A DNA stretch of 64,000 nt from Kiritimatiellia bacterium (GTDB lineage Bacteria > Verrucomicrobiota > Kiritimatiellia > RFP12 > JBMNHG01). The notes beneath the pieces were generated by a model. It was not told where the DNA came from. It ran no database searches and was given only the letters and a program-made list of their open reading frames with translations. The position numbers were made by a program, and so were the translations under genes. Of this stretch, positions 10,701-20,808 are shown in pieces (the stretch's first letter is position 1; each line of letters begins with the position of its first letter). The DNA lies in the NCBI GenBank assembly GCA_050950285.1, contig JBMNHG010000008.1:682001-746000 (forward strand). The letters run 5' to 3'.

Positions 10701-13383
10701 TGGCCGGTACCAGGCTGGACCCCTGGAGATTTTCAAAGGTCACGGCGCCGGTGTAGGTGCCGGCCGCGACGTGGACGGAGTCGCCGGCGCCGGTCATCGC
10801 CGAAGCCGCGCGGGCGAGGGTCGCGAAGGCGCCGTCGGAGGTGTTGGCGAGGCCGTCGTTGGCGTCGTTCCCGTCGGGGCGGACGTAGTAGAGGGTGCCG
10901 GCGGAGACCGGCACGCCGGGGCCCTGGTAGCATCCGAAGTTGGAGCCGTCGGCTGCTGCGCCGAGCGCGGGCGAGCCGACATAGACGGCGCCGTCGGCGC
11001 GATTCACGTACGAACAGAGACATGGATCCTGGTCGAAGAGGCATCCGCCGAGGTTGGCGTTGAGGACGTGGTTCGGATCGCTGCCGGCGATGGCGGCGAC
11101 TGCGTTGCCGTAGAAGATCGTGTCGGCCGTGTAGTGCTGGCTCGCGTGCATGTAGTAGCCGGCATTCCCGTTGGCGGCGACAATGCTGTTGGTGAGCATG
11201 TGGTTGTTGCAGTAGTGGCTGGCATCCTGGTTGCCGAAGCCGTAGCCGTTGTTGCCCACGATGGTGCAGTGGTCGACGACCCAGCCGCTGCAGCCGGACG
11301 CCGCCATGCCGATGCCATGGCCGCCGTTGCCGGCGATGAAGCAGTAGGACATGTGGATGTTGTTGTAGCCGCTTTCGAACCAGCCGCCGATACCGATGCT
11401 GATGCCGCTGCCCGTGTTGCCGGTCGCGACGCAGCGCGAGACGGCGACCTCCGCGCTCTTTGAAAGCGAGAGGCCGTGCGAGGCGTTGCCGGAGAAGACG
11501 CAGTCCACGAAGGCGGCGCGGGGGCTGTCCTCGACCGAGGCGCCGGCGGCCGCGCTCGACGTGAAGACGCAGTTCGAGACCAGGCTGTCGCCGCAAGCGG
11601 AGAAGTGCGCTCCGTTGCCGCCCCGGACCGTCAGGTTCGCCATCAGCAGGGCGTCGCTGGCGCCGGAGAAGGCCAGGACACTGGCTGAGGAACCGGTCCC
11701 GTCGATCACGGTTCCGGCTGCGGCGCCCGTGCCCCGGAGGACATTGCTGCCGGGCTGGATCGGGAAGGTTTCGCCGGCGGCCGCGTCGTAGGTGCCGGGG
11801 GCCAGGTGGAGCGTAAGGCCGTTGTCGCCGACCTCCGAAAGCGCGTGGGTGAGGGTGCGCCACGGCGCTTCGGGGAAGCCCGTGCCCGTGGCGTCGCTGC
11901 CTTCGGGCGAAACGTAGTAGTCGAGGACCAGGATGGAGACGTTGGTGGTCGCGGTGGCCACCACCCCGAGGTTGTTGGTGACGTAGAGCGTCACGGCCGT
12001 CGGCCCGTAGACCACGGACGGGCTCACGCCCATCCCGTAGAGGCCCACGAGGTCGTCATGGCTTCCGTTGTCGATGTTGGCGGCCGTGACGGGGGCCCCG
12101 TTCTCGGCGGCCGAGGCAGGAACCGAATAGCCCTTCGCAAGGGCGACGGGCGCGACCGTGGAGGGATCGACGTATTCGATCGTGGAGGAGGAGGACGAGA
12201 CCAGCCCGCCGGAGCGGACGTGGAGCCACACGGTCACGTCGCCGTAGGGCGTCCCCGAGGGGAAGGAGTACATCGGCATCGGGGCGGACGCGCTGTACGC
12301 GATCCAATCCCCTGCGGAGAGGTTCGCGGGGTCGCTTTCGAGGGAGAGCTGGTAGTCGTCGCCGGCGGACATCCCCGGCAGGTAGCCCGCCACGACGGTT
12401 CCGCACGCCGTATAGAGGGGGTTGCCCTGGAAGGAATCGCACACATAGAAGCTTGCGGGCCGGAAGCGCAGGACGACGACGCCGTCGCCGCCCTTGCCGC
12501 CGATGGTCGCGGGGTTGAATCCGCCGCCGCCGCCGCCGCCGCCGCGGCCGTCCACGCCGTCGTCGCCGGGCAGGTTGGCGTCCTTCGGGCCACCGGCTCC
12601 GGCGGAGGCGCCGCCGCCGGAAGCGTGGGTGATGGCGTTTCCGCCGCCGCCGCCGCCGCCGGCGCCATAGTCGAGGGACTGCCCGGTGATGTCGGACACC
12701 ACGCCGGGACCGCCCTGGCCGGCCTTGTTGTCGGCAGAACCGTTCGCGCCGTCGCCGCCGGCGCCGCCGCCGCCGCCGGGGGCGTTGTCGTTGCCGCCGT
12801 TGGCCCGTGCATTGCCGCCCTTGTAGACGATGCCGGTACCGCCGCTGGCATTGTTCCCGCCGGAACCGCCGCCGCCGTTCGCGATGGGCGCCTGGTCGGA
12901 GGTGCTGACGGCGACCCCTTCGTTCCAGCCGCCTCCCGCGCCGCCGCCGTAGGCCGTCACCGTCGAAAGGCCGGGGACCGACAGCGTGGAAGCGCCACCG
13001 CTGTTCCCCCTGCCCCAACTTCCCGCGTTGGCGCGGGCGCCGCCGGCGCCGACGGAAAGGGAGATGTTGCTGCTGACCAGGCTGTCGGGAGCCATGGAGA
13101 CGACACCGCCGCCGCCGCCCCCGCCGCCGATCGTGCAGCCGCCGGAACCGCCGCCGCCCACCACGAGCGCCTCCGCCAGGATCAGGGCGGTCTCCGGCGT
13201 GACCGTGATCGCGCCCGCCGCCGCATTGGTGAAGACGTATACGGACGTCCCGTCCGTTCGCGTAATCTTCGCGACGGACGAATCCGCGGTCGAGATCAGA
13301 TCGTCCTGGTAGGCCGATGCAATGCCAATGGACAGCGCGAGCGCCGCTCCCGCCGCCATGAAGGAGGAAACCATACCCTTCAT
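7705..13383 (-). CDS. Secreted 1892-aa protein: N-terminal glycine-rich domain, four beta-helix modules, choice-of-anchor Q; C-terminal GTLFLLR
   Basis: Signal peptide MKGMVSSFMAAGAALALSIGIASA; LVVGGGGSGG...GGKGGDGVVVLRF domain; four YYV.P.G.D starts; terminal DLNGHNPRIVDDRVDMGAYE. Confidence 0.88.
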   Translation of the reverse strand: MKGMVSSFMAAGAALALSIGIASAYQDDLISTADSSVAKITRTDGTSVYVFTNAAAGAITVTPETALILAEALVVGGGGSGGCTIGGGGGGGGVVSMAPDSLVSSNISLSVGAGGARANAGSWGRGNSGGASTLSVPGLSTVTAYGGGAGGGWNEGVAVSTSDQAPIANGGGGSGGNNASGGTGIVYKGGNARANGGNDNAPGGGGGAGGDGANGSADNKAGQGGPGVVSDITGQSLDYGAGGGGGGGNAITHASGGGASAGAGGPKDANLPGDDGVDGRGGGGGGGGFNPATIGGKGGDGVVVLRFRPASFYVCDSFQGNPLYTACGTVVAGYLPGMSAGDDYQLSLESDPANLSAGDWIAYSASAPMPMYSFPSGTPYGDVTVWLHVRSGGLVSSSSSTIEYVDPSTVAPVALAKGYSVPASAAENGAPVTAANIDNGSHDDLVGLYGMGVSPSVVYGPTAVTLYVTNNLGVVATATTNVSILVLDYYVSPEGSDATGTGFPEAPWRTLTHALSEVGDNGLTLHLAPGTYDAAAGETFPIQPGSNVLRGTGAAAGTVIDGTGSSASVLAFSGASDALLMANLTVRGGNGAHFSACGDSLVSNCVFTSSAAAGASVEDSPRAAFVDCVFSGNASHGLSLSKSAEVAVSRCVATGNTGSGISIGIGGWFESGYNNIHMSYCFIAGNGGHGIGMAASGCSGWVVDHCTIVGNNGYGFGNQDASHYCNNHMLTNSIVAANGNAGYYMHASQHYTADTIFYGNAVAAIAGSDPNHVLNANLGGCLFDQDPCLCSYVNRADGAVYVGSPALGAAADGSNFGCYQGPGVPVSAGTLYYVRPDGNDANDGLANTSDGAFATLARAASAMTGAGDSVHVAAGTYTGAVTFENLQGSSLVPASIIGEEGAIVSVPGVNVGLAIQDSTYVRVSGLTVANGGGLLVANSPNTFVTNCVFASCASSGVEHHDANFGTYVDCVFSNNAAQGLWFDRSAGMAFLHDAFVDNGQCGLVGGDGGWDGSKNPCVGTYGRYCYFAGNGMLGVGLNVNASPWSFDHCTFVENTGSGYGSNGGSFPTGIYHECAPLADCIFAFNDGCGLQMMWGTLYATNSLFWTNAQGDFGGNGFESADVCDLGDCLYTDPMLCPTAGRMDGAVFAGSPVLGAASDGGNIGCYQGAGVEIVSDAREYFVRPDGDDSNTGLENTSVGAFATVARALDAVSSAGDIVHVTAGDYEGPAALVDAPGTSVLPIRILFEAGATIASANDEPALSFTNCSQVIVEGATVLGGPGIAALNGANLLFTNCVVEAAAGNGLSLSGCNAAKVVDSAFRDCSGNGLALGNSVGVSLLRCVFAGNALAGVRAGINGQNTCPNLRAAYCTFVRNGAVALGMSDTNTSGWFIDHCTFARNDSFGVGPYVDQYGDYGLWPQGPVVTNSLFAANFFGGVFCSHGNVPTYASHFWGNGHFAITDCNNGQNAAASAHESNVLDGADPLLAAIDVRDDGAVYIGSPVIGAAADGSNLGSYQGAGLAWPASATYYVRPDGNDANDGLANTADGAFATLSNACARALVPGDTIRVAAGVYTNPAVLSAVGTEARPVKIVAAPGAVLSAASGTGLRLVDCSEVEIEGLAAADCAGDGFSIEGSAGVRFANCSASGCTNGVAADATSFRIDFVNGSLVGNIAAGCTVDGSPGVFLDRCRITGNGADGVASANYQPANGWIQELAEGTTLRQCLVAGNAAAGAGAGGAGDIRLESCTVAGNGDGILFGYNRHKKGNAVLNTITAFNGGYGLLVDGDPANENYACGVASACSYGNPSGNFVARPAGTDTNLAIDAASFSADPLFRDASAGDYRITGSSPCVNAGTNIAWMAAATDLNGHNPRIVDDRVDMGAYEIFLQGTLFLLR

Positions 13384-13458
13384 AACTTCCCTGGCCAAAC
13401 ACATTGTGCGACAACGGAGCATACCCTTCTCCGGCTAGCGCCGTGTTTAGCTTTTGAG

Positions 13459-13488
13459 ACGATAGCACAAAGAAGTGCGAACTTGCAA
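13459..13488 (-). promoter_or_regulatory. sigma70-like promoter of the 7705-13383 gene
   Basis: TTGCAA-18 nt-TATCGT with TGn extension on the minus strand. Confidence 0.5.
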
Positions 13489-13587
13489 GATATGATTTCG
13501 AGTTTTGCGGCGTGCCGCGAAGGAGCGGGAGGGCCAACGGATCGTTTTGCGGCGCGCCGCGAATGTGTGGTTGGTGCGGCGTACGGG

Positions 13588-14998
<1,411 letters not shown>

Positions 14999-15012
14999 CT
15001 ACGGCGCCGGGG

Positions 15013-16203
15013 TCAGGCCTTGACGGCGGCGAGGAAGCCGACGGGCGGGAGCGCGCCCACGAGCGGGCGGGCGTAGTCGAGGAAGGCCTGCGTCACGTCG
15101 TTCCCGGAGCGGGAGATGAACTCGCGCGGCATCGGGCGGGTGAACTTCGCGACCTCTTCGAGGGGCTGGATGACGAACATGGGCTCGTAGCGCTTGCCGG
15201 GCTTGCGCTGGATGGTCACCGAGCCCCTGGAAATGCCGTTGAAGGCTGCGGCCACGGCCACCTGCCCGACGCGTCGCGCCTCCTCGGCGTCGGTCTCGGA
15301 GACCACGCCGACGAAGGAGCGCTGGAGGTAGCCGAAGGTGTCGGCGCGAACGCGCCGGATGTCGGTGGCCTTCTTCAGGTGATTGGCCAGCAGGTCGCCG
15401 AGGGCGCCGGTGCCGCTGAGCTGGAGGTTCCCGTGCGAGTCCGTTTCCTTCGAGAAGGCGGCGGCGACGGGGACGCCGTCCTTGTCCGCGATGCCTTCGG
15501 AAACGGCCACCACGCAGCGCCCGAGGCGCTTCATCACGCGTTGGACGTCCTTCACGAACTTCTCCATCGAGAAGGGGCGTTCGGGGAGGTAGATCAAATG
15601 GGGGCCGGAATCCGGCGCCACGCGGGCAAGGGCGGAGGCGGCGGCGAGGAATCCGGCGTGGCGGCCCATGATGACGTCGATCTTCACGCCGCCCATGGCG
15701 CGGTTGTCGAGGTCGTCGCCCAGCACCGCGCAGGCCACGAACTTCGCGGCCGAGCCGTATCCGGGCGTGTGGTCGTTCGCGCGGAGGTCGTTGTCGATCG
15801 TCTTCGGGATGTGGATGCAGGAGAGGGAGTCGCCTGCGGCTTCGGCGGCCCGGGCGACGAGGTGGGCGGTTTCGGCGGAGTCGTTTCCGCCGATGTAGAA
15901 GAAGTGGGAGATGTCCCGAGCGCGCAGCGCCTCGAGGATCTTCGCGCAGTCGGCCTCGTCGGGCTTGCGGCGCACGGAGCCGAGGGCGGAGGAGGGCGTC
16001 GCCGCCACACGTTCGAGGTTTTTGCGCGACTCTTTCCGGAAGTCGATGAGACGGTCGTCGAGGATGCCCTGGATGCCATGCAGCGCGCCGTAGATCTTGC
16101 CGGCGCAACGGATGCCCAGGCAGGCGGTGACCGCGCCGACCAGGCTCTGGTTGATGACCATCGAAGGACCGCCGCTCTGGGCGATGAGGACGTTTTCTTT
16201 CAT
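15013..16203 (-). CDS. pfp: Pyrophosphate-dependent 6-phosphofructokinase
   Basis: AQSGGPS, GGNDS (Asp) and PKTIDND (Lys) at the PPi-specificity positions, MGRHAG. Confidence 0.85.
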   Translation of the reverse strand: MKENVLIAQSGGPSMVINQSLVGAVTACLGIRCAGKIYGALHGIQGILDDRLIDFRKESRKNLERVAATPSSALGSVRRKPDEADCAKILEALRARDISHFFYIGGNDSAETAHLVARAAEAAGDSLSCIHIPKTIDNDLRANDHTPGYGSAAKFVACAVLGDDLDNRAMGGVKIDVIMGRHAGFLAAASALARVAPDSGPHLIYLPERPFSMEKFVKDVQRVMKRLGRCVVAVSEGIADKDGVPVAAAFSKETDSHGNLQLSGTGALGDLLANHLKKATDIRRVRADTFGYLQRSFVGVVSETDAEEARRVGQVAVAAAFNGISRGSVTIQRKPGKRYEPMFVIQPLEEVAKFTRPMPREFISRSGNDVTQAFLDYARPLVGALPPVGFLAAVKA

Positions 16204-16463
16204 GAGGCACCTTGCATTGGGGAAGGATCAAGACACGGCACGCTCCGGGCGTTCCGCCGGGATGACAAAAGACAGCGTAGCGGGGGACGGCACGGAAATC
16301 AAGCGCGCCCGTGCATTCGACCGGTGGCAAGGGAGGGTGCGTCAGGGGGGCGGGAGGGACAACCGCCGCTCGTCCACGGGCAAGCGTCCGCTTGTCCGCC
16401 CCTGTCGCGAGCCGGGTCCCGCGCGCGAGCGGAGCGTGCGGGACCCGGTGCCGGGAGGGGGGA

Positions 16464-17180
16464 TTAGCGCCAGAAGGATTCCTCGTAGCGCACCAGGCGG
16501 TATTCGGCCTCTGCCGACTGGAAGATGAAGTAGGCGATGAAGACGAGGATCCAGTGGCCCCTGAAGATCCCGTGGATGCCCATGATCACGGCGGCGGCAA
16601 GGCCGATGCGCGAGGCGATCCACGTGGCGTAGAGGCGTCCGAAGCGCCGGGCGAGCAGGGCGCGGAGGATGCGGCCGCCGTCCATCGGGAAGGCGGGGAT
16701 GAGGTTGAAGAAGAGGAGGCTTTTGTTGATGAGGGAAAAATACCCGAGGATGCCCGCCAGGATGGTGCCGGAGAGCGTGGGGGTGCCGGTGATGCGGCCC
16801 GGGAGGAGAACCAGGTTGGCCAGCGGGATCGAGAGGAGCCAGAGGGCGGCGCTCACGCCGGGACCCGCAATGGCCAGCCAGAATTCACGGGAGGGCTTCC
16901 GGGGCATGTCGAGCAGCGTGGCCCGCCCGCCGATCAGCATGAGGGTGACGTCGCGCACGCGGCACCCGTAATGGAGGGCGACGGCGACGTGTCCGAGCTC
17001 GTGGAGGGCCACGCTGGCCACGAGGAGCAGCGCGGCAACGATTCCGATGACGATTCCCGCCAGCAGGTTCCGGGTCGCGTGAATCGCTTCGATGGCGAGC
17101 AGCGCGGCGAGAACCAGGAGGGAGAGGTCGACCTGGATGGGGACGCCCTTGAAGCGGGCGACGGTGAAGGAGGTCTTCAT
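16464..17180 (-). CDS. Site-2 protease family (M50) intramembrane metalloprotease
   Basis: HELGH within a hydrophobic segment, IAGP, NLIPAFPMDGGRI. Confidence 0.93.
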   Translation of the reverse strand: MKTSFTVARFKGVPIQVDLSLLVLAALLAIEAIHATRNLLAGIVIGIVAALLLVASVALHELGHVAVALHYGCRVRDVTLMLIGGRATLLDMPRKPSREFWLAIAGPGVSAALWLLSIPLANLVLLPGRITGTPTLSGTILAGILGYFSLINKSLLFFNLIPAFPMDGGRILRALLARRFGRLYATWIASRIGLAAAVIMGIHGIFRGHWILVFIAYFIFQSAEAEYRLVRYEESFWR

Positions 17181-17186
17181 CCGGGG

Positions 17187-19658
17187 TTATCGAAGCAGGA
17201 TAAGCGTGCCGCCGCCGAAGTTCCAGGAGACGACGAGGTCGTCGATGGCCATCGCGTGGTCGGATCCGGTGTCGTCCACATCCATCCAGCGCAGGAGGAG
17301 GATTTCGCCGGCGGGGAGGGAGATGTCGAGGGTCTGGGAGAGGGGGGCCTCTACGCCTTCGACCGCGCCGACGCCGTGGGAGTCCGCAGTGGCGGAGGTG
17401 TTGTAGGCGAGGGCGGGAACGTCGTTCCATGTGCCGGCGGAAAGGGAGAGGTCCGAAGCGTCTCCGGTGGTGCGCCAGGCGAAAGCAAGGGTGTTGGTGC
17501 TGTTGTTCTGGCTGCCCACGCGATACTGGGCGCCCGTGAAGGACACGGAGAGCCTGCAAACGCGGAAGGAGGTGTCGTTGGTGAAGGCGACGCCGAAGCG
17601 GAGGGTTTTGCCGTTGCCGGCGAGGGTGCCGAGGGCGCGGTCGGCACTGTCGTCGGCGCCGAAGGAGTAGAAGCCGGAGGAGGTGCTGTTGCCGCGGCTG
17701 GGGGTGTAGGAGGAGATGGCGCTTCCACCGATGGCGGCCTGCCACGCAGGGAGGGGCGAGGCCTGGTTGTCCCACTCGCCGTTCGCGCCGGCGAGCGCGT
17801 CGAAGTCCTGTTCGTAGCGGTGCATCGCGCAGGCGGAGAGGGGGATCGCGGGGACGACCGGGCGCTTCACGGCGATCGTGAGCACGGCGGCGTCGGAGGT
17901 TCCGCCTTCGGAGACGGCGGTGAAGGAGAAGGTTTGCGCGCCGAGATCGGCTTCGGCGGGGGTGAAGGTGAAGACGCCGTCGGCCAGCGCCCAGCGGTCG
18001 GCGGAGACGGTGGTGGCGACGTTCGTTCCGGTGATGGGGTCGCCATCCTCCTGGAAGAGGACGACGGGCACGTCGATGGAGCCGCCCAGGCGCACGCTGA
18101 GACCATCGGCGAAGGGAAGAATCACGGGGGGCGCGTGCGGCGGGGTGCCGACGACGACCGCGATGGCGTTGGAGACCTCGGAGGTGGCGACGTTCGAGGT
18201 GGCGCGTACCGTGTATTCGTAGCTGCCTTCGGCGAGGCCCGTCACGACGGCGTTGGTCGCGGTGTTCCCGGAGGTGGGGAGGGGCGCGCCGATACTCTCG
18301 CAGTAGGTGCCGCCATATGCGGCGGAGACGTCGTCGATGGCCACGGCGCCTTTTTCACGCTGGAAGGTGAGGCGCAGCCGGCGGATGTCCTGGGCGCGGG
18401 CGACGTCGGCGTCCGCCGTCTTGCCGGATCCGGTGACGGGCTCCGTGTGCAGCAGGATCCAGTCGGTGTCGACTGCGGCGTCACCGCCCAGGGGAAGCCC
18501 TTCGAGGGTCACGGTGGAGTTGCTGCCCGCGCTGTTGCCCCTCATCCAGAAGGTCACGTTGGTGATGGATCCCGCATAGTCGCAGGAGGTCATGGATTGC
18601 CCGCCGGTGGCGAGTTTCACCGAATTGGGGGATGCGCCGGAATTGAGGTCCGAGGTATAGCAGGCGGGCGTGCCGCTGATCGACCATCCTTCGGGGAGGG
18701 TCTCGGCGCTTCCGGTGAAGGTGTCGAAGCCTTCGGTCAGGCGGACGACGGGCGATTGGAACATCCGGGACACGTCGAGCAGATAGCCCGTGGCCCCTCC
18801 CGCGGCGCTCCAGTTCGCGGTGAAGCCGGAGGCGGAGACGTCCGTGGCCTCGAAGGCGACCGGGGCGTCGGGCGCCGGGGCCTGGCCGGTGACGACGGCG
18901 TAGACCGGGTTGGAATCGGAGGAGGTGTCCGTGCCGTCCGTGGCGCGCACCACGTAGCGGTAGGTCGCCGGGGCGAGCGCGGTGACCTCGTAGGCGGTGG
19001 CGGCGCCGGCGTCGGCGTCGGCGAGGACGGGGGAGTAGCTCTCCACGTCGTAGGCGACGGCGAGGTCGTCGATGTTGATGGCGCCGCCGCCGCGGTGGAA
19101 GGTGAGGCGGATGCGGCGGATGCCCTGGCCGGCGTCGATGTCGAACGAGGGGGTGTAGTTGCCGGTTCCCCCGGTGGCGTAGTGGTCGACGAGGGTGGTC
19201 CAGGTTCCGCCCGCATCCTGGCCTTCGATGGAGAAGGTGGACTTGGTGGAGGTGACCCGGACGTAGAAGGAGAGGTTGGTGATGGAGGCGGGATAGGCGC
19301 AGGTGGTCGCCGCCATTCCATCGGCGCTGAACTTCAGGGAGGGGGCGGCACCGCCGTAGTAGCCCGAGGTCGAGTTGGCCTCGAAGCCGGCGCTGGCGCT
19401 CCAGCCGTCGGGAAGGGTGGTGGCGTCGCCGGACACCAGGCCATCGAAGGCTTCGACCGTGCGCGTGGGGGTCGTGCCGGTGACGGCCATCACGTCCAGC
19501 CGATAGCCGGTTGCGCCGGTAACGGGCTGCCAGTTCGCGGTGAAGCCGGTGGTGGTCACGTCCGTTGCCGCAACGGCCAGCGGGGCGTCGATCGCGAAGG
19601 CGGGGAAGGCGAGAATGAAAGACACGAACAAGGCGGCGGCGCGAGCGACGGAATGCAT
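17187..19658 (-). CDS. Secreted 823-aa protein with two fibronectin-III-like repeats enclosing beta-sandwich inserts; C-terminal GTLILLR
   Basis: Signal peptide MHSVARAAALFVSFILAFPAFA; two ATDV...GFTANW...GATGY.LDV repeats closed by Y.Y.VRAT. Confidence 0.8.
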   Translation of the reverse strand: MHSVARAAALFVSFILAFPAFAIDAPLAVAATDVTTTGFTANWQPVTGATGYRLDVMAVTGTTPTRTVEAFDGLVSGDATTLPDGWSASAGFEANSTSGYYGGAAPSLKFSADGMAATTCAYPASITNLSFYVRVTSTKSTFSIEGQDAGGTWTTLVDHYATGGTGNYTPSFDIDAGQGIRRIRLTFHRGGGAINIDDLAVAYDVESYSPVLADADAGAATAYEVTALAPATYRYVVRATDGTDTSSDSNPVYAVVTGQAPAPDAPVAFEATDVSASGFTANWSAAGGATGYLLDVSRMFQSPVVRLTEGFDTFTGSAETLPEGWSISGTPACYTSDLNSGASPNSVKLATGGQSMTSCDYAGSITNVTFWMRGNSAGSNSTVTLEGLPLGGDAAVDTDWILLHTEPVTGSGKTADADVARAQDIRRLRLTFQREKGAVAIDDVSAAYGGTYCESIGAPLPTSGNTATNAVVTGLAEGSYEYTVRATSNVATSEVSNAIAVVVGTPPHAPPVILPFADGLSVRLGGSIDVPVVLFQEDGDPITGTNVATTVSADRWALADGVFTFTPAEADLGAQTFSFTAVSEGGTSDAAVLTIAVKRPVVPAIPLSACAMHRYEQDFDALAGANGEWDNQASPLPAWQAAIGGSAISSYTPSRGNSTSSGFYSFGADDSADRALGTLAGNGKTLRFGVAFTNDTSFRVCRLSVSFTGAQYRVGSQNNSTNTLAFAWRTTGDASDLSLSAGTWNDVPALAYNTSATADSHGVGAVEGVEAPLSQTLDISLPAGEILLLRWMDVDDTGSDHAMAIDDLVVSWNFGGGTLILLR

Positions 19659-19748
19659 GGGGATCCTCGGGGTTTGGGGTGGTGGATCGCACACAACGAA
19701 GGCACGATGCAAGAAAGGAACATCCCAAGTATAACCGTTTCCGGATCG

Positions 19749-19791
19749 GAATGCATGAGAATTGCATACGAATTGCATGCGAATTTCATGC
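19749..19791. repeat. Four tandem 10-11 bp direct repeats, consensus GAATTGCATGC
   Basis: GAATGCATGA / GAATTGCATAC / GAATTGCATGC / GAATTTCATGC in a divergent intergenic region. Confidence 0.8.
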
Positions 19792-19885
19792 GGATGAATT
19801 GGCAAAGCGACGGCGCCCCCGGCTGGCGACGGGGGGCAGGGCGCCATCGTCGCGCCTCCCTTCCGCGGGCCGATTGCCGATCGTC

Positions 19886-19914
19886 TTGCGGCCATGGGGG
19901 CTGGGCGTTATACT
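19886..19914 (+). promoter_or_regulatory. sigma70-like promoter of the pRiA4b ORF-3-like gene
   Basis: TTGCGG-17 nt-TATACT. Confidence 0.5.
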
Positions 19915-19998
19915 GTCGCCGGTTTGGCTCGCCCGGTGCGGCGTCGCGGGTGCGGCGTCGCGGCGGCGGGCCGCTTGCATCAGGAGAGGAAGACGGTC

Positions 19999-20670
19999 AT
20001 GGAAGCAGAAGCGAAGGCAACGAAACCAACGGAAGCCATGGTGGAAACCATGGTTCTGAAACTGGCTTTGCGGAACACGGGAAGCGTGCGCATGATGGTG
20101 GTGCCGCAATCCCTCACCGTAAGCGACCTCCATGACATCGCCCTGAAAGCCTTCGGTTTCGATGGCAGCCACCTTAGCGTCGTGAACCGCCAGGACGACT
20201 GGATGTCCACCACCTGTTCGATGTGGGATCCTTGTGACGACGACGATGACGACGATGACGATGATGACGATGACGATGGAGACGATGGTGTCTGGACGAT
20301 CTCGCTTGGCGACTTCTTTCCGGCGCGTGGCGTCAAGGCCATGATCGAATACGATTTTGGCGATGGCTGGGAAATCGTCGTGACTCGGATGGCAGACAAG
20401 CCGAAGGCCGAGCCCTTCACCTGCATCCAGTCCAAGGGGTGCAATGCGATCGAGGATTGCGGAGGGGCTTGGAGTTTGGGGTGCCTGTGCGACGGATTGA
20501 GGAAATGGCTTGAACTGTCGGAGCAGGAGCGCAAGGATTTCAAAAACGAATCCATGGATTGGGCGTTTGCCATGTCGGGGATGACCGAAGAGAAGGCGCA
20601 TGCGTTTTTGGACGGCCCCTCGCCGGAGAAGATTACGGCGATGCTCCAGAGATACAGGAAGTCCGGCTAA
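19999..20670 (+). CDS. Plasmid pRiA4b ORF-3 family protein with poly-Asp insert
   Basis: LHDIALKAFGFDGSHL, YDFGDGW, EDCGG motifs; GGAGAGG upstream. Confidence 0.8.
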   Translation: MEAEAKATKPTEAMVETMVLKLALRNTGSVRMMVVPQSLTVSDLHDIALKAFGFDGSHLSVVNRQDDWMSTTCSMWDPCDDDDDDDDDDDDDDGDDGVWTISLGDFFPARGVKAMIEYDFGDGWEIVVTRMADKPKAEPFTCIQSKGCNAIEDCGGAWSLGCLCDGLRKWLELSEQERKDFKNESMDWAFAMSGMTEEKAHAFLDGPSPEKITAMLQRYRKSG

Positions 20671-20808
20671 CCCGGCCGCGATGCAGGCTGCACGAGCGGC
20701 ACGAAACGAACGCAACCGATTTTTGAAGCGACCTTTCAGGCCACCCTGCCTTACGCTCCCAGCCCCGAGGGCTGCGCCATGCTTTCCGGGGCGTGGCGGA
20801 CGGAGGGG

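Noticed and set aside
787..11463. Very long plus-strand ORFs (787-6222, 6733-11463) and alternative-frame Arg/Pro-rich ORFs
   Set aside because: Antisense or off-frame shadows of strongly GC3-biased genes; no motifs, signal peptides or RBS. The same applies to 16311-20135, 20779-23445, 28342-36051, 28962-36518 and 36286-39525
12480..13160. GCC trinucleotide runs as microsatellites
   Set aside because: They encode the Gly runs of the glycine-rich domain on the minus strand
19749..19791. CRISPR array or iterons
   Set aside because: Repeats are 11 bp, contiguous, without spacers; no cas or rep gene in the window
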